Counted from the stretch's first letter, positions 10,030 through 21,019 are shown. The stretch: DNA of 64,000 nt from a virus (IMGVR_UViG_3300020112_000420:22459-86458), one strand, 5' to 3'. Numbers and translations are program-made. The notes: generated from the sequence alone by a model not told the origin.

Positions 10030-10389
10030 ATGGAAAGCAAGGACATCATGACACCCGAAGCGTGGGAAGCGAAAAAGCGGGAAATCGTCAGCGATTTCGT
10101 CGGCAAGGAACTCGACAGGCTCGACGTGGCGGAAGCGGACGGCGTTCCGTTCGACGAAGCAGAAGGAGAAGGGAATGCGGATGTGGCGTTCGCGGATTCC
10201 GACATGGGCGCATTCATAGAGAAGTACCCAATGGCGGGAGAAGTTCTCGGCATGTTGGAAAAGGCGGATGGCGGCGAAGGCGGCGATGAAGTCTATGGTG
10301 GGAAGGTGGAATCGGACGGGTGCGTTTTCGCCATTACGAAGGACGGGGAAAGTCCCGATTGGGACGATGACGAAGACGACGACGAATAG
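10030..10389 (+). CDS. Small highly acidic protein
   Basis: 119 aa, D/E-rich, follows TopIB. Confidence 0.6.
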   Translation: MESKDIMTPEAWEAKKREIVSDFVGKELDRLDVAEADGVPFDEAEGEGNADVAFADSDMGAFIEKYPMAGEVLGMLEKADGGEGGDEVYGGKVESDGCVFAITKDGESPDWDDDEDDDE

Positions 10390-10410
10390 AATACGTTGGA
10401 AGCCATTGTA

Positions 10411-10457
10411 AAACAGCCGCCCCGTGCATTTGGTTAGCGTGTGCGGGGCGGTTTTTT
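10411..10457 (+). terminator. Intrinsic terminator
   Basis: CCGCCCCG..GCA / TGCGGGGCGG stem followed by TTTTTT. Confidence 0.8.
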
Positions 10458-10475
10458 CGTCTTGAAAAATTCTTA

Positions 10476-10580
10476 AAATACCCCCTTGACGGTAGAGGCG
10501 ATATTATGTTATCATAGTGTCGTCAAGAGGGGAAAAGGTTTCGCATGGTGCGGGACGCCCCGAATGGCGGAAAGTCAAGG
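10476..10580 (+). promoter_or_regulatory. Early promoter cassette B
   Basis: TTGACG 10486-10491, 18 bp, TATCAT 10510-10515; hairpin 10538-10556 (TGG loop); CGCCCCGAATGGCGGAA. Confidence 0.8.
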
Positions 10581-10589
10581 AGGTTGGTT

Positions 10590-10961
10590 ATGGCGCAGAA
10601 GTTGATTACCAAGGCAATCGAGAACGCGATTAGGAAAACGCCCTACGGTTCGCAGGACGGGAAGAAGGAGAACGCGAAAGTCATTGCGCGTCTGTTCGGC
10701 GGGAGCGTCACGGCGTACATTCTTGAGGGCTATCAGATGCCAAGCGAAGAATGGGACGGCAACACGGTGTACGGTTTGGTTGACATGGGCTATGGCTTTG
10801 AATACGGCCCGTTCAACCTCAACGACTTCAAGCGCGGATATGCCTACGGGCCGTTTCGTCTGCCTTATGAGCGCGATGCTTATGTCGGCGTTCTAAAGGA
10901 AACCATTGGCGATTTGTCGAAGGAAAACAACGAGACCGAGAAAATGCCGTTCGGAAAATAA
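10590..10961 (+). CDS. DUF2958-like early protein
   Basis: ARLFGGSVTAYILEG...VYGLVDMGYGFEYGPFNL resembles the DUF2958 pattern. Confidence 0.5.
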   Translation: MAQKLITKAIENAIRKTPYGSQDGKKENAKVIARLFGGSVTAYILEGYQMPSEEWDGNTVYGLVDMGYGFEYGPFNLNDFKRGYAYGPFRLPYERDAYVGVLKETIGDLSKENNETEKMPFGK

Positions 10962-10972
10962 CGAGGTTGAAC

Positions 10973-12056
10973 ATGGGAGCGGAAATCAACAAACTTATCA
11001 AAAGCGACGCGCTGACCAACAATCAGCGCGAGACGCTGTATCGCCGCCTTTGCTTCATTATGACGAAGCGACCGACGATGATACCCCGTTGCTATCTGTG
11101 CGACCCGTTCAATGAAATCATCGATGAAAAATTCATTATCTATCCGCTGAAAGTGGAGAAGTGGATGAAGCGTCGTGGTCATTGTTTGAAGGAAAACGAG
11201 AGCATTAAGGAACTTGTCGAGCGGGTATACGGCAAGGAGGCGGTCAACATTATGCTCAAACTCATGTGACACGGAGGTAAAGCCATGAAATACATTAAGC
11301 CGAAGTTCGGTATACCTTTTGAAGTCGGAAAGCGTTATGCGGGTTCTTGCGTGTTTGGAATAGGGCGCATTGGCGGTGAGTACGATTTCCTTGACATGCA
11401 GATTGATTCGGTCGAGATTCTGCACCGTGACGGCGACGAACTGACGGTGTGCATTCACAATAACTACCACCCTTCGCTTGGTTGCTGTGTGTGCGAGACG
11501 AAACTTGTCACCGTCCATGTTGTCAAGTGCGGAAATAATTGCGAGTGCATTGGCGATGGCAACGGCGTTTTCTTCTCCAAGTATGAAATAAGCGATAGGG
11601 CATGTGATGCTTATGAGCGCAGGCTTCAAGTTTACGCGAGAAGGTGGCGGGCGAATAAAAGTAAGGAGGCGGCGGCATGAAACTGGGAAATTGTTTCAAA
11701 ATGACGGGTCGCTATGATAACACGTTGGAGCAGACGGCTCTATCCATTGAGCATGACCGCAATTGGTTCATCAATTGGGCAATGGGGCGAGGCATGACCT
11801 ACAAGCAGGCTTTGCAGAAGTACAAGGAAATGATGACGAAGGATGAAAGAAGAAAAAGGAGGTAGGAATGTCGGATTTTCAGATAATTGACCGACTTGAA
11901 CAATTCTGTCGTGGTCAGGGAAAGTTCAAGTACAACAAGAACATGCGGCGTATCGAAAATGGCGCGGGGCAGTTGATTGACGAATCGTTGCTTGTTTCCA
12001 TACTGAACGCTGTTTCGGAAAACGCCAAGAAACGGTATGACCGAAAGGATATGTAG
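10973..12056 (+). CDS. Four early hypothetical proteins (10973-11269; 11285-11680; 11677-11865; 11868-12056)
   Basis: Coupled ORFs with GGAGG RBS. Confidence 0.6.
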
Positions 12057-12756
12057 AAAAATGGGGTATTCTTACGCGAAGACGAATATCAACGGATGTT
12101 TCTTTGAACTGCACCATAGCGATTGCTTGGAGCAATTGCGCGGCGAGGTTGGGTTGACGGTTGACTTGGTGATGACGGACATTCCCTATGGGGAAGTGAA
12201 TCGCAAGACGAACGGTTTGCGCGACCTTGACAAGAAGGCGGCTGACACCGTTGACTTTGACGTGTGCGAATTGACGAGGTTGCTGTGCGCCAAGACGAAG
12301 GGTAGTATTTACATGTTCTGCGGGACGGAGCAAGTGTCGGACATTCGGCGCACAATGGTCGAGTGTGGGCTGTCTACTCGGCTTATCGTGTGGGAAAAGA
12401 CCAATCCGAGTCCGATGAATGGCGAGTACATTTGGTTGTCGGGTGTCGAGGTGTGCGTTTTCGGAAAGAAAAGCGGGGCGACGTTCAACGCCCGTTGCCG
12501 CAATACCGTCTTGCGATACCCGTGCGGTGAGCGCGACTTGCACCCGACGCAGAAACCGCTGTTGCTCATTCAAGACCTCATAGAGGTATCGACGAAGGCG
12601 GGCGATGTTGTGTTCGACCCGTTCATGGGAAGCGGAACGACGGGCGTGGCGTGTGCCAATACGGGGCGTTGCTTCATTGGCATCGAGCGCGACGATGGCT
12701 ATTACGCGATTTGCGAAAACCGCATCCGCAACGAAACGGAAGGGCGGCTGTTGTGA
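12037..12756 (+). CDS. DNA amino-methyltransferase, beta class
   Basis: TDIPY, HPTQKP, DPFMGSGTT. Confidence 0.9.
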   Translation: MTERICRKMGYSYAKTNINGCFFELHHSDCLEQLRGEVGLTVDLVMTDIPYGEVNRKTNGLRDLDKKAADTVDFDVCELTRLLCAKTKGSIYMFCGTEQVSDIRRTMVECGLSTRLIVWEKTNPSPMNGEYIWLSGVEVCVFGKKSGATFNARCRNTVLRYPCGERDLHPTQKPLLLIQDLIEVSTKAGDVVFDPFMGSGTTGVACANTGRCFIGIERDDGYYAICENRIRNETEGRLL

Positions 12757-12770
12757 TTTAATGCCACAAA

Positions 12771-12810
12771 CCCCATTGACGGCAAATGGGTAGTTGTGAT
12801 ATACTTACTC
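12771..12810 (+). promoter_or_regulatory. sigma70-type promoter (second subfamily)
   Basis: TTGACG 12776-12781, 18 bp, TATACT 12800-12805; shares GGTAGTTGTGATATA with the 22661 promoter. Confidence 0.7.
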
Positions 12811-12836
12811 ACGGTCAAAAAAAGAAAGGAATCGAA

Positions 12837-13226
12837 ATGGCACAAGCAACATTCAACGGGGTCACGGGTGAGATAATCAACATGACCTTGAAATACCATT
12901 GGTTCAACCGCATTCTGTCGGGAAAGAAGCATATCGAGTACCGCGAAGCCAAGGACTATTGGCACAGCCGACTTATCGGACACGACTACAAGTTCATTCG
13001 GTTCAGCAAGGGCTATACAAGCACGTCGTTCGTCATCGAGTGCAAGGGCATCAAGGCGATGCTGATTGACAATCCGAACGTCGGTTCAGAACCAGAAGAG
13101 GACGAGAATTACGAGAAGGACTTTACCGAAGGTACGATTGCGCTGGATTCCGACGAGTTCGACAAGGACATCGTGGCGGAGTATCAGATTAAACTCGGCA
13201 AAATCGTCTCGCGCCACTTGTGCTGA
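12837..13226 (+). CDS. ASCH/PUA-like domain protein
   Basis: MTLKYHWFNRILSGKKHIEYRE...YW..RL. Confidence 0.75.
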   Translation: MAQATFNGVTGEIINMTLKYHWFNRILSGKKHIEYREAKDYWHSRLIGHDYKFIRFSKGYTSTSFVIECKGIKAMLIDNPNVGSEPEEDENYEKDFTEGTIALDSDEFDKDIVAEYQIKLGKIVSRHLC

Positions 13227-13266
13227 AGACGCGCTGATTTTTTGTTGGAAAGGAGAAAAAGGCAAA

Positions 13267-13530
13267 ATGAGAAAGCAAGACCCGAACACGCATTGTTTCG
13301 CCGTGCGCTGTCCGTTGCAAGTCGCGGCGAAAATCGTCACGGACGCTGACGAAAAGGGAATCACCGCATCGGCTCTCATCGGAGCGGCGGCGGCTGAAAA
13401 GGTGAAGAACGTCAAGGCATCCCCGAAATCGCTGAAATGGGCGGCGGGTCGTCGTGCCGTGTACGCGGAACGCCGTCGCAAGATGGACGAACTCTACGGC
13501 AAGCGTAACAAGGGTGTGCGTAGCAAGTAA
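13267..13530 (+). CDS. Ribbon-helix-helix-like DNA-binding protein
   Basis: FAVRCP beta strand followed by two helices (KIVTDADEKGITASALI). Confidence 0.5.
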   Translation: MRKQDPNTHCFAVRCPLQVAAKIVTDADEKGITASALIGAAAAEKVKNVKASPKSLKWAAGRRAVYAERRRKMDELYGKRNKGVRSK

Positions 13531-13630
13531 TAGCGTCACAAACGCGCCATTGCATGACGGGTAACGGGATTCTCGTCATTGCAATCCGCGTTCCGAACAA
13601 GAAAACAAAAGACAGAAACGGAGAATAATC

Positions 13631-14578
13631 ATGGATAAGGCATTGGACGAAGCCGCATGGAAGCAAATGCGGCGTTCGGGCATCGGCGGCTCTGACGTTG
13701 GGGCTATCGTCGGCGTGAACAAGTGGCGCACGGCTCTTGACGTGTTCCTCGACAAGACGGGACAGGCACCGGAAACCGAACCGAACGAGGATATGGAACT
13801 CGGTACGGCTCTTGAACCGTATATCGTCAGCCGATACGAAAAGATAACGGGTCACAAATGCGTCGAACAGCAAGGCATGTGGCGCGATGGCGTGGTTGTC
13901 GCCAACGTAGACCGCATCGTTGACATGGGCGACGGCAAGACGCAGGACGCGCAAGGTCGCATTGTCAGCAAGCGCATTGTCGAATGCAAGACCTCGAACT
14001 ACGATTGGGAAGACGGCGTTCCCGAATCCTACCAATGCCAGGTGCAATGGTACATGGGGCCGTTCCCCGAAGTCGAATCGTGCGATGTCGTGGTGTATTT
14101 CAAGCACCGAAAGACCGACCGCGTTCAGATTTTCAACGTCAAGCGCGACGACGACGTGTATGCCGTGCTTCTCAAACGCGCCACGGAGTTTTGGGAGAAC
14201 TATGTCAAGACGGGCATTATGCCTCCGCCAGAAACGGAGAAGGACTGCAAATTCCTCTACAAGAAGGGAAAGACGGCAACATCCGTTGAAGCGAATGGGA
14301 AGGCGCAGAAGGCATATAACGAATGCAAGAAGTTGGAAGAGCAAATCGACGCGCTTGAAGAAAAACTCGGCAAGTGCAAGGCGACGATTATGGCGGAAAT
14401 GAAGGAAAACGAGATTCTGAAGGACAAGAAGGGGAAGGTTCTTGTCACTTGGAAGAATGACAAGGATTCCGTCAAGGTTGACTTCAAGGCAATCGCCACC
14501 GCGTTAAGGGCGGATGACAAGGTTATCGCCCGCTATACGACGGTCAAGCCAGGTTCGCGCAAGTTCTGCATCAAGTGA
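13631..14578 (+). CDS. YqaJ-like (lambda-exonuclease family) recombination nuclease
   Basis: RRSGIGGSDVGAIVG, ANVDR, VECKT, YQCQVQWYM. Confidence 0.9.
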   Translation: MDKALDEAAWKQMRRSGIGGSDVGAIVGVNKWRTALDVFLDKTGQAPETEPNEDMELGTALEPYIVSRYEKITGHKCVEQQGMWRDGVVVANVDRIVDMGDGKTQDAQGRIVSKRIVECKTSNYDWEDGVPESYQCQVQWYMGPFPEVESCDVVVYFKHRKTDRVQIFNVKRDDDVYAVLLKRATEFWENYVKTGIMPPPETEKDCKFLYKKGKTATSVEANGKAQKAYNECKKLEEQIDALEEKLGKCKATIMAEMKENEILKDKKGKVLVTWKNDKDSVKVDFKAIATALRADDKVIARYTTVKPGSRKFCIK

Positions 14579-14645
14579 TTTTTTCACATGGGGCAACGCC
14601 ACTTATCCCCAGTAAAGGTGTGGCACAAAAAAGGAAAAAAAGACC

Positions 14646-15572
14646 ATGAGTAATGAAATGGTTAAAGTCGAGGGTGAACTCACCCAAACGTCCAACGGTT
14701 CGGTAGCGGTCGCGCAGTCACGCGCTATGGCGGCTACCATTGCGAAGATGCAAGTCGCGAAGCAGTTTCCTCGTGACGTGAAGACTGCCATCGCCCGCAT
14801 TAACAACGAGTGTATGCGCCCGACGCTTGCCGCCGTAGCGACGTACACCTACAGCCGTGGCGGTACGGAAATCACAGGGCCGTCGATTCGCCTTGCCGAA
14901 GTGCTTGCCCGAAATTGGGGCAATGTTGACGCGGGCATCAAGGAAATCGAACAGCGCGACGGCGAAAGCACCGTTCTCGCGTACTGCACCGACCTTGAGA
15001 CCAATTTCCATGACGAGAAGGAGTTTCAGGTCAAGCACATTCTCTTCAAGAAGAACGGAGGCGCGAAGCGTCTGGTTGACCCCCGCGACATCTACGAGAA
15101 GGTCGCCAATGACGGCGCAAGGCGCAAACGCGCCTGCATTCTCTCGGTCATTCCGAAGGACATCGTTGACATGGCGGTCGAGCAATGCGAAAACACGCTC
15201 AAGGCGAACGTCGAAGTCACGAAGGAACGTATCGAAGGAATGATTGCCAAGTTCTCCGACTACGACGTGACGACGGAAATGATTGAGAAGCGCATTCAGC
15301 GTAGCATTAGCGCGATTACGCCCGCGCAGTTCCTTTGGCTCGGAAAGGTCTACAACTCGCTGAAGGACGGCATGGGCAAGGTCGAGGACTTCTTTGAGAA
15401 GGCGGAAGCGGCTACGACTGAAAATGGCAAGGAAGCGAAGCCCGAAGGCAAGGCGGCGGAAAACCTCCGTGGCAAACTCGGTCTCGGCGTGAAGGAAGAC
15501 GACAAGCGCGAAGAGCCGAAGCAAGCGACCAAGGCGGACGCGCAGAAGGGTGGCGAACTCAACCTCAAGTAA
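14646..15572 (+). CDS. Putative single-strand annealing/recombination partner
   Basis: Position right after YqaJ; AKQFPRD...GPSIRLAE..AR.WGN pattern of a common phage family. Confidence 0.5.
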   Translation: MSNEMVKVEGELTQTSNGSVAVAQSRAMAATIAKMQVAKQFPRDVKTAIARINNECMRPTLAAVATYTYSRGGTEITGPSIRLAEVLARNWGNVDAGIKEIEQRDGESTVLAYCTDLETNFHDEKEFQVKHILFKKNGGAKRLVDPRDIYEKVANDGARRKRACILSVIPKDIVDMAVEQCENTLKANVEVTKERIEGMIAKFSDYDVTTEMIEKRIQRSISAITPAQFLWLGKVYNSLKDGMGKVEDFFEKAEAATTENGKEAKPEGKAAENLRGKLGLGVKEDDKREEPKQATKADAQKGGELNLK

Positions 15573-15673
15573 ACAACCCGTGGCGTTGGCACGGCACGAC
15601 TTATCATCGACACGGTTGTGCCAACGCCATTTTTCAATTCGGAAGGAATCACGAAAGGTGGAAAACACAAGCA

Positions 15674-16456
15674 ATGAAAGAGGATGCCATGCGAATGTTT
15701 GACACGGAGTTGTTCGGTCAAGAGTGGTTCGGAGAACTTCGCCCAATCCACAAGTTGCTCTACATCTATCTGCTGATGGCGTGTGACTGCGCGGGTGTCA
15801 TCGAGGTCAACATGCGTCAGTTGCGGTTTGACTTGAACGTAGGTAGCAAGGAAAACCCGATTGACGGCATGTATATCGAGAGGGAGGACTTGTTCAAGGC
15901 GTTTGGAAAGCGCGTACTTCCCGTCGGCGGCGACGCGCATACGGCGACCAAGGCAATCATTCCCGACTTCATACGCTTTCACTATGGCGAGAAGTTGTGC
16001 AATGACCACAAGCACCGCATACACCTTGCCGTCGTCAAGCGTATCAAGTCCATTGGACTCACCGTTGAAGAGGTCAGCAAGATGTCATCCAAGCCGTTTG
16101 CATACGATGACTTCGGAAACGTCAAGGCGAACGTGCTTCTGCAAGATGAGTTCGGCGGATTGAAGAAGGCGAAGCGCGAGGAGAAATCCGACGCAAAGCC
16201 GATGCAGGCGGTTCGTCCTACCGTCGAAGAAGTACGCGCCTACTGCGAATCGCGCTCAAACGGCGTTGACCCGCAGGCATGGTACGACTTCTACAGTTCA
16301 AATGGGTGGAAGGTCGGCAAGAACCCGATGAAGGACTGGCAAGCGGCGGTCAGGACATGGGAGAGACGCGACAAGGCGAAGAATACGCCACATCGCGGCG
16401 ACAACTTCCGTGGCGGAACGTCCGAGCAAATGAAGGAGATGAGCCGTGTCCTCTGA
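15674..16456 (+). CDS. Phage replication initiator (replisome organiser)
   Basis: N-terminal wHTH-like region; C-terminal PTVEEV..YC...FYSSNGWKVGKNPMKDWQAAVRTWE; precedes the loader. Confidence 0.8.
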   Translation: MKEDAMRMFDTELFGQEWFGELRPIHKLLYIYLLMACDCAGVIEVNMRQLRFDLNVGSKENPIDGMYIEREDLFKAFGKRVLPVGGDAHTATKAIIPDFIRFHYGEKLCNDHKHRIHLAVVKRIKSIGLTVEEVSKMSSKPFAYDDFGNVKANVLLQDEFGGLKKAKREEKSDAKPMQAVRPTVEEVRAYCESRSNGVDPQAWYDFYSSNGWKVGKNPMKDWQAAVRTWERRDKAKNTPHRGDNFRGGTSEQMKEMSRVL

Positions 16457-17084
16457 AAGCGAAGCGAACGCGGGTCTTTTGCCCGTTGGTGCGGCGGGAC
16501 AAACGCTTATCGACCAAGTAAAGGCGATGCCAGTAGAAGAGAAAGAGCGTAAACCGCGCATTTCTCCACGCGACTACCTTCTTTCTCGTCTCGCGGCGGC
16601 GAACCCGCCGTGGACGAAGGAGGTGGCGGGCGACGACTTCGACCTTGCCGTGGATTCGCTTCTCACGGCGAACGAAAAGAAAATAGGTCTCATTGTCAGC
16701 GGCGACTATGGTTGCGGAAAGACATCGTTTGTCATGTCATGCGGTTTCGTCGCGAAGAAGATTGAATGCACCATTCCCGAACGGGTTGAATGCCTCAAGT
16801 TCTCCGACTACCAAGACTATGTAAACGAACTGCTGTCACGCAACGTCCTGCTCGACGACATTGGGGCGGAGTGCCTTCAAAATGACTTCGGCATCAAGCG
16901 CGACTTGGTGGGAGATTTCATTTGCCGATACCACCTCTATGGCAAGGGGCGGTTGTTCATCACGACCAATCTGCGCGGCGCGGAACTTCTCGACCGATAC
17001 GGCGGGAGGGTCATGTCGCGCTTGAAAGACTTGTGCTATCCCGTCCGATTCAACGGCAAGGACAAGCGCAAGTGGGAATTGTAG
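16446..17084 (+). CDS. DnaC/IstB-like helicase loader ATPase
   Basis: SGDYGCGKT, LLDDIGAE, ITTNL, GRVMSRL. Confidence 0.85.
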   Translation: MSSESEANAGLLPVGAAGQTLIDQVKAMPVEEKERKPRISPRDYLLSRLAAANPPWTKEVAGDDFDLAVDSLLTANEKKIGLIVSGDYGCGKTSFVMSCGFVAKKIECTIPERVECLKFSDYQDYVNELLSRNVLLDDIGAECLQNDFGIKRDLVGDFICRYHLYGKGRLFITTNLRGAELLDRYGGRVMSRLKDLCYPVRFNGKDKRKWEL

Positions 17085-17117
17085 TCAATCAAACACAAAC
17101 GAAAGTAGGTTGCAAAA

Positions 17118-17513
17118 ATGGAAGACAAGAAGGAAACAATGTACGAGTTCACCTATCGTGGGCGCATTGTCACGATTAGTCCCGTGCAGACGTTCGACAG
17201 CGGGTTCAAGAAGCGTGAAATCGTCATCGACAAGGCGGCGGTGGACGCGAAGTTCCACAACCCTGTGTCGTTCTCGCTCACGAAGGACGACGTGTCGAAG
17301 GGCGACTCGCTGAAGGTAGGTCAGACCGTGACTGTCCGTGGTTTCATCAACGGACGGGAATGGAAAAGTCCGAAGGACGGCAAGGTGAGGTTCTTCAACG
17401 ACCTCGTAATCTTCGGTAAGATTGATGTCGAAGGCGGTGCGGCGGTTGACGATGACGCACATGCGGAGGCGACGCTTGCAGAAGCGGATGGAGATGACGA
17501 AATGCCGTTTTGA
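17118..17513 (+). CDS. SSB-like OB-fold protein (DUF3127 type)
   Basis: FKKREIVI...INGREW...FNDL and acidic DDEMPF tail. Confidence 0.75.
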   Translation: MEDKKETMYEFTYRGRIVTISPVQTFDSGFKKREIVIDKAAVDAKFHNPVSFSLTKDDVSKGDSLKVGQTVTVRGFINGREWKSPKDGKVRFFNDLVIFGKIDVEGGAAVDDDAHAEATLAEADGDDEMPF

Positions 17514-17520
17514 TTTGCGC

Positions 17521-17567
17521 GGCGGCGGACGTGTCGGGAAGCGCGTTCGCCGCCTTTTATTTTTTTT
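17521..17567 (+). terminator. Intrinsic terminator
   Basis: GGCGGCGGACG / CGTTCGCCGCC stem followed by TTTTATTTTTTT. Confidence 0.8.
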
Positions 17568-17569
17568 GA

Positions 17570-17670
17570 AAATACCCCCTTGCGGTAGACGCGATAAATA
17601 TGCTATAATGTGTGCGTCAAGAGGGGAGAGTAGGGAGGCGAAGTGCTGACCGCCCCGAATGGCGGAAGGG
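17570..17670 (+). promoter_or_regulatory. Early promoter cassette C
   Basis: TTGCGG 17580-17585, 18 bp, TATAAT 17604-17609; CGCCCCGAATGGCGGAAGG. Confidence 0.8.
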
Positions 17671-17678
17671 AGAACAGC

Positions 17679-18116
17679 ATGTCGATTTGGACGAACAAGG
17701 GCGGAAACGAGACGGCGAAGGTAAGTGACTTCAAATGGGCGCAACTTCTTCGGAACGGAAAGCCGTATTGTATGCGCATTGTTTCATGTGTAAACTATAG
17801 CGTGACAATGGAAGATGTTATCAAGCAATACCCGAAGGAATGCACGATACTTCGGTTTCAAGGCGATTTCTTGGTGTTTCCGTCGGAACACGACTACTTG
17901 ACTTGGTGCAATGACGAGAAGTAAGGAGGTTTTTTCATGGCTCTTACTTCGCATGATGGCGTGGAAGTGAAAAAGGGTATGCGCGTGGCGTATTCTGACT
18001 ACTGCGGTTTTCTTACTATGGGGACGGTGACGGGGTTCAAGTACGGATTTGCCGTCGTCAAGTTCGATGATGGGTACTCGCGCATTTGCAATGGTTCTGA
18101 AATATACGCAAGGTAA
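17679..18116 (+). CDS. Two small early proteins (17679-17924; 17937-18116, SH3/Tudor-like)
   Basis: ORFs after cassette C; the second has VKKGMRV...GTV...AVVKFDDG. Confidence 0.55.
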
Positions 18117-18814
18117 TGAATATGGTTCAGCCTTTTTACGAAAATTCTAGGGTTCGTCTGTTCTGCGGTGACAGCCGAGATGTTCTCAAGCAGTTGTCTG
18201 AAAACGGTGAGCGTTTTGACTTGATGCTGACCGACCCGCCGTATGGTCTCGACCAAAAGCGGAACAAGCCGAGCGGCGTTAATGCCGAACGTGCGAAAGC
18301 CGCCTACAAGGACGACCTTTTCCCAGATACGCCCGAATATCTGCACGATGTCGTTCTGCCGATTATCGAATTGGGTCTTCAAGTGAGCGAATTGGGCATC
18401 GTCACGGGCGGCGTTGGATGTTGGAAGTATCTGCCTCCGCCATCCGAAGAGGGGTGTATGTACATGCCATCTGCGCCAGGGTTCAACACTTGGGCGCATT
18501 CGGACTATCAGCCGATTTGGTACTACGGACACCCGAAGGGGAATACGGGTAAATATCGCACGTTGTCGCATACCGTCACCGAGCGCGGGTTCTGCAAGTC
18601 GCACCCGTGCGCGAAGCCGTTGGAGTTTTGGAAGAAACTCATGCTGTGCGGGACGGACGGCGAGAAGGACAAGCGCGTTCTCGACCCGTTCGCGGGTTCG
18701 GGTACGACGGGACGCGCCGCCCTTGACCTTGGCATGAAGGCGACGCTCATTGAACTCAATCCGCGCTACTGCGAACTGATTGCCAAGACGTGCGCACAAG
18801 AATCTTTGTTCTAA
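18116..18814 (+). CDS. DNA amino-methyltransferase, beta class
   Basis: TDPPY, HPCAKP, DPFAGSGTT; ends in QESLF. Confidence 0.9.
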   Translation: MNMVQPFYENSRVRLFCGDSRDVLKQLSENGERFDLMLTDPPYGLDQKRNKPSGVNAERAKAAYKDDLFPDTPEYLHDVVLPIIELGLQVSELGIVTGGVGCWKYLPPPSEEGCMYMPSAPGFNTWAHSDYQPIWYYGHPKGNTGKYRTLSHTVTERGFCKSHPCAKPLEFWKKLMLCGTDGEKDKRVLDPFAGSGTTGRAALDLGMKATLIELNPRYCELIAKTCAQESLF

Positions 18815-18833
18815 ACGAAAGGAAAAACAAGAC

Positions 18834-19823
18834 ATGGGAGAGCATAAGTTGCCCGAAAAGGTGGCAGAATCGAACGAGCGCAAGGTGTACAAACTCGACG
18901 AAAAGGAGTTGGAATATGCAAAGACGCTCATGGGAACGTTCCAAATCGACCAGACGGAAGCCGAACAGCGGACGCTGATGGTCAAGAGGTTCGTGCTAGA
19001 ACATGGGTCGCTCAAGAGCAACAAACGACTTGACATGAAGTTGGTCGAAGCGGCGGTTGACCTTATCAGCGCGGGGCTTGTCGTGCCGACATCGCAACAC
19101 AAGGAAGACTACCCTCTGTCGGCGTTCGCGCTTCTGTTTGAAGCGGAATCGCGCAACAAGCCGAAGAGCAAGTTTCTCCGACTTTCCTTCAAGATGAAGG
19201 CGGGCGGCGACGAAGTGCGCGTTATCGTCATGCAGGACAAGTACGCCGAAAAGGTGTTTGGCCCGATTGCCACGATGGATAGCCATTGCGTACCCGTTGA
19301 CGAAGGTATGCCGAACAAGGCGGCAGATGAAAATGAGCAAGGTGTGGAGTAGGAAACGTAGGTGCGACGTGGATGAACGCGAACTGACCAACACGGAAGT
19401 CGCGGAATACCTTGAATGCATATACATCGCCACGTCACATTGTTGGTTTCCCGACAAGGCTAGAAACAATGTTGAAGCGGCATTGCGTCAGGCGATGAAG
19501 AGATTGAGAAAGTTAGACCGTATCGAAAGGAAGTCGAAATGAGTTTTATCAAAGCAATCAACCCGTTCTACGTTATGAAGGTTCGCCGCATTCGCAAGCG
19601 CGACGAACGCATGACGCGGGACGCGCTTCTGTTTTCGTATCTTGAATACATTACCGTTCTTTTGGAGAAGAACCTCCATTTGCAGGCGGTGAACGCTGGT
19701 TATGAAGACGGAAACCGAAATTTCAGAATGGACAAGTACGTTCGCAAGGGACGCTCGTGCCTTGACCGTTGGTGGAGCAACTACCGTTCCGCCAACGGCA
19801 TTTCGCGTGACCCCCGTGACTGA
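18834..19823 (+). CDS. Three hypothetical proteins (18834-19352; 19333-19542; 19539-19823)
   Basis: Coupled + strand ORFs. Confidence 0.55.
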
Positions 19824-19850
19824 CGAAAAAAAACATAGGAAAAAATAACA

Positions 19851-20249
19851 ATGACAAACGAAGAATATCAGAAGGCGGCGCATGGATTCGCGCAGTACGG
19901 AAACAACCCGCACTATCCCGAACTCATGCTTGCCGAAGAAGTCGGAGAACTCCTTGGCGTGGAGGCGAAGTTCATACGAAAGCACGAAGGCATGGACATT
20001 GAGAAGGCTATTGGGTGGGAAACGATGCGCGGCGATGCCTTGAAAGCACGAGACCGAATCAAGGGGGAATTGGGCGATATTCTATGGGGGGTGTCAGAAT
20101 ACGCCACGAGGCATGGGTTCACGCTGTCGGAAATCATGGACTACAACATCGCCAAACTGACCGAGCGCAAGGAAACTGGTACAATCTGCGGAAGCGGTGA
20201 AACCGTCGAAGAGCGCAAGGCTAACGCCGAAAGGGAAAATGCAAAATGA
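19851..20249 (+). CDS. MazG-like nucleotide pyrophosphohydrolase
   Basis: LAEEVGEL...KGELGDILW...NIAKLTER. Confidence 0.85.
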   Translation: MTNEEYQKAAHGFAQYGNNPHYPELMLAEEVGELLGVEAKFIRKHEGMDIEKAIGWETMRGDALKARDRIKGELGDILWGVSEYATRHGFTLSEIMDYNIAKLTERKETGTICGSGETVEERKANAERENAK

Positions 20250-21019
20250 ACCGCATTTTCATTGAGTGCGACGGTGTTCTCATGTATCTTGCCAAGCCCG
20301 ACATGGTGTCGGTGCATGATGGAATGGCTACGATAGCCGTTAAGGGTAGCATACCTATCAGCGTTTCCGTTGAGAAGATTGAACAGTTGAAGGTGGTGGA
20401 AAAATGACAAACCTCGTCGCTATTCTCGTCGTGACGAACCTTGTGCGCGTTTCTTGCCCGTGCGGGTATTGCCACCATAGCATCGTCGTACCCGAACACG
20501 TCAACCGCCTTGGGTATGACTTGCGACTTGTCGTGACGACCAACTACCTACCCGTCGTCTCATGGGAGAAAGTGAGGGAGAAATGACAAAATCTGAAAAG
20601 CATGAAAACGACATTCTTGCCAAAATCGACGAGTGCCTCGTATTCCTAAAGAACTCTCCTTCAGAAGCGACGGTGCGTAAGGCGGCTGAACTTGAAGGGT
20701 ACATTCTGAAATGGCGCGAAGGTTGCGTGTCTGCCATGTTCAAGAACGCAACAGAAATCGCCAAGACATTTATGGAAAGTCTTGGGCAGATTGGCATCAA
20801 GTTCGATATCCCGACCGAAAAGAAGGGAGATGGCAAATGAACCTCGTCAAGTTGTGTCTGAAGGACAACTACGACCCATGCCCGTGGCGTAGGAAGCGTC
20901 ACGAACACGACGGCGTTAGGATTTCCCGCTCGGTACACCGTTGCGCGAACCCGAAGGGTTGTGTGTGGGAGTATTGGGGCGAAGTGTGCGAAAAACTGAA
21001 AAAGGAAAACAAGTTATGA
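20246..21019 (+). CDS. Four small hypothetical proteins (20246-20407; 20404-20586; 20583-20840; 20837-21019)
   Basis: Chain of ATGA overlaps. Confidence 0.55.
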
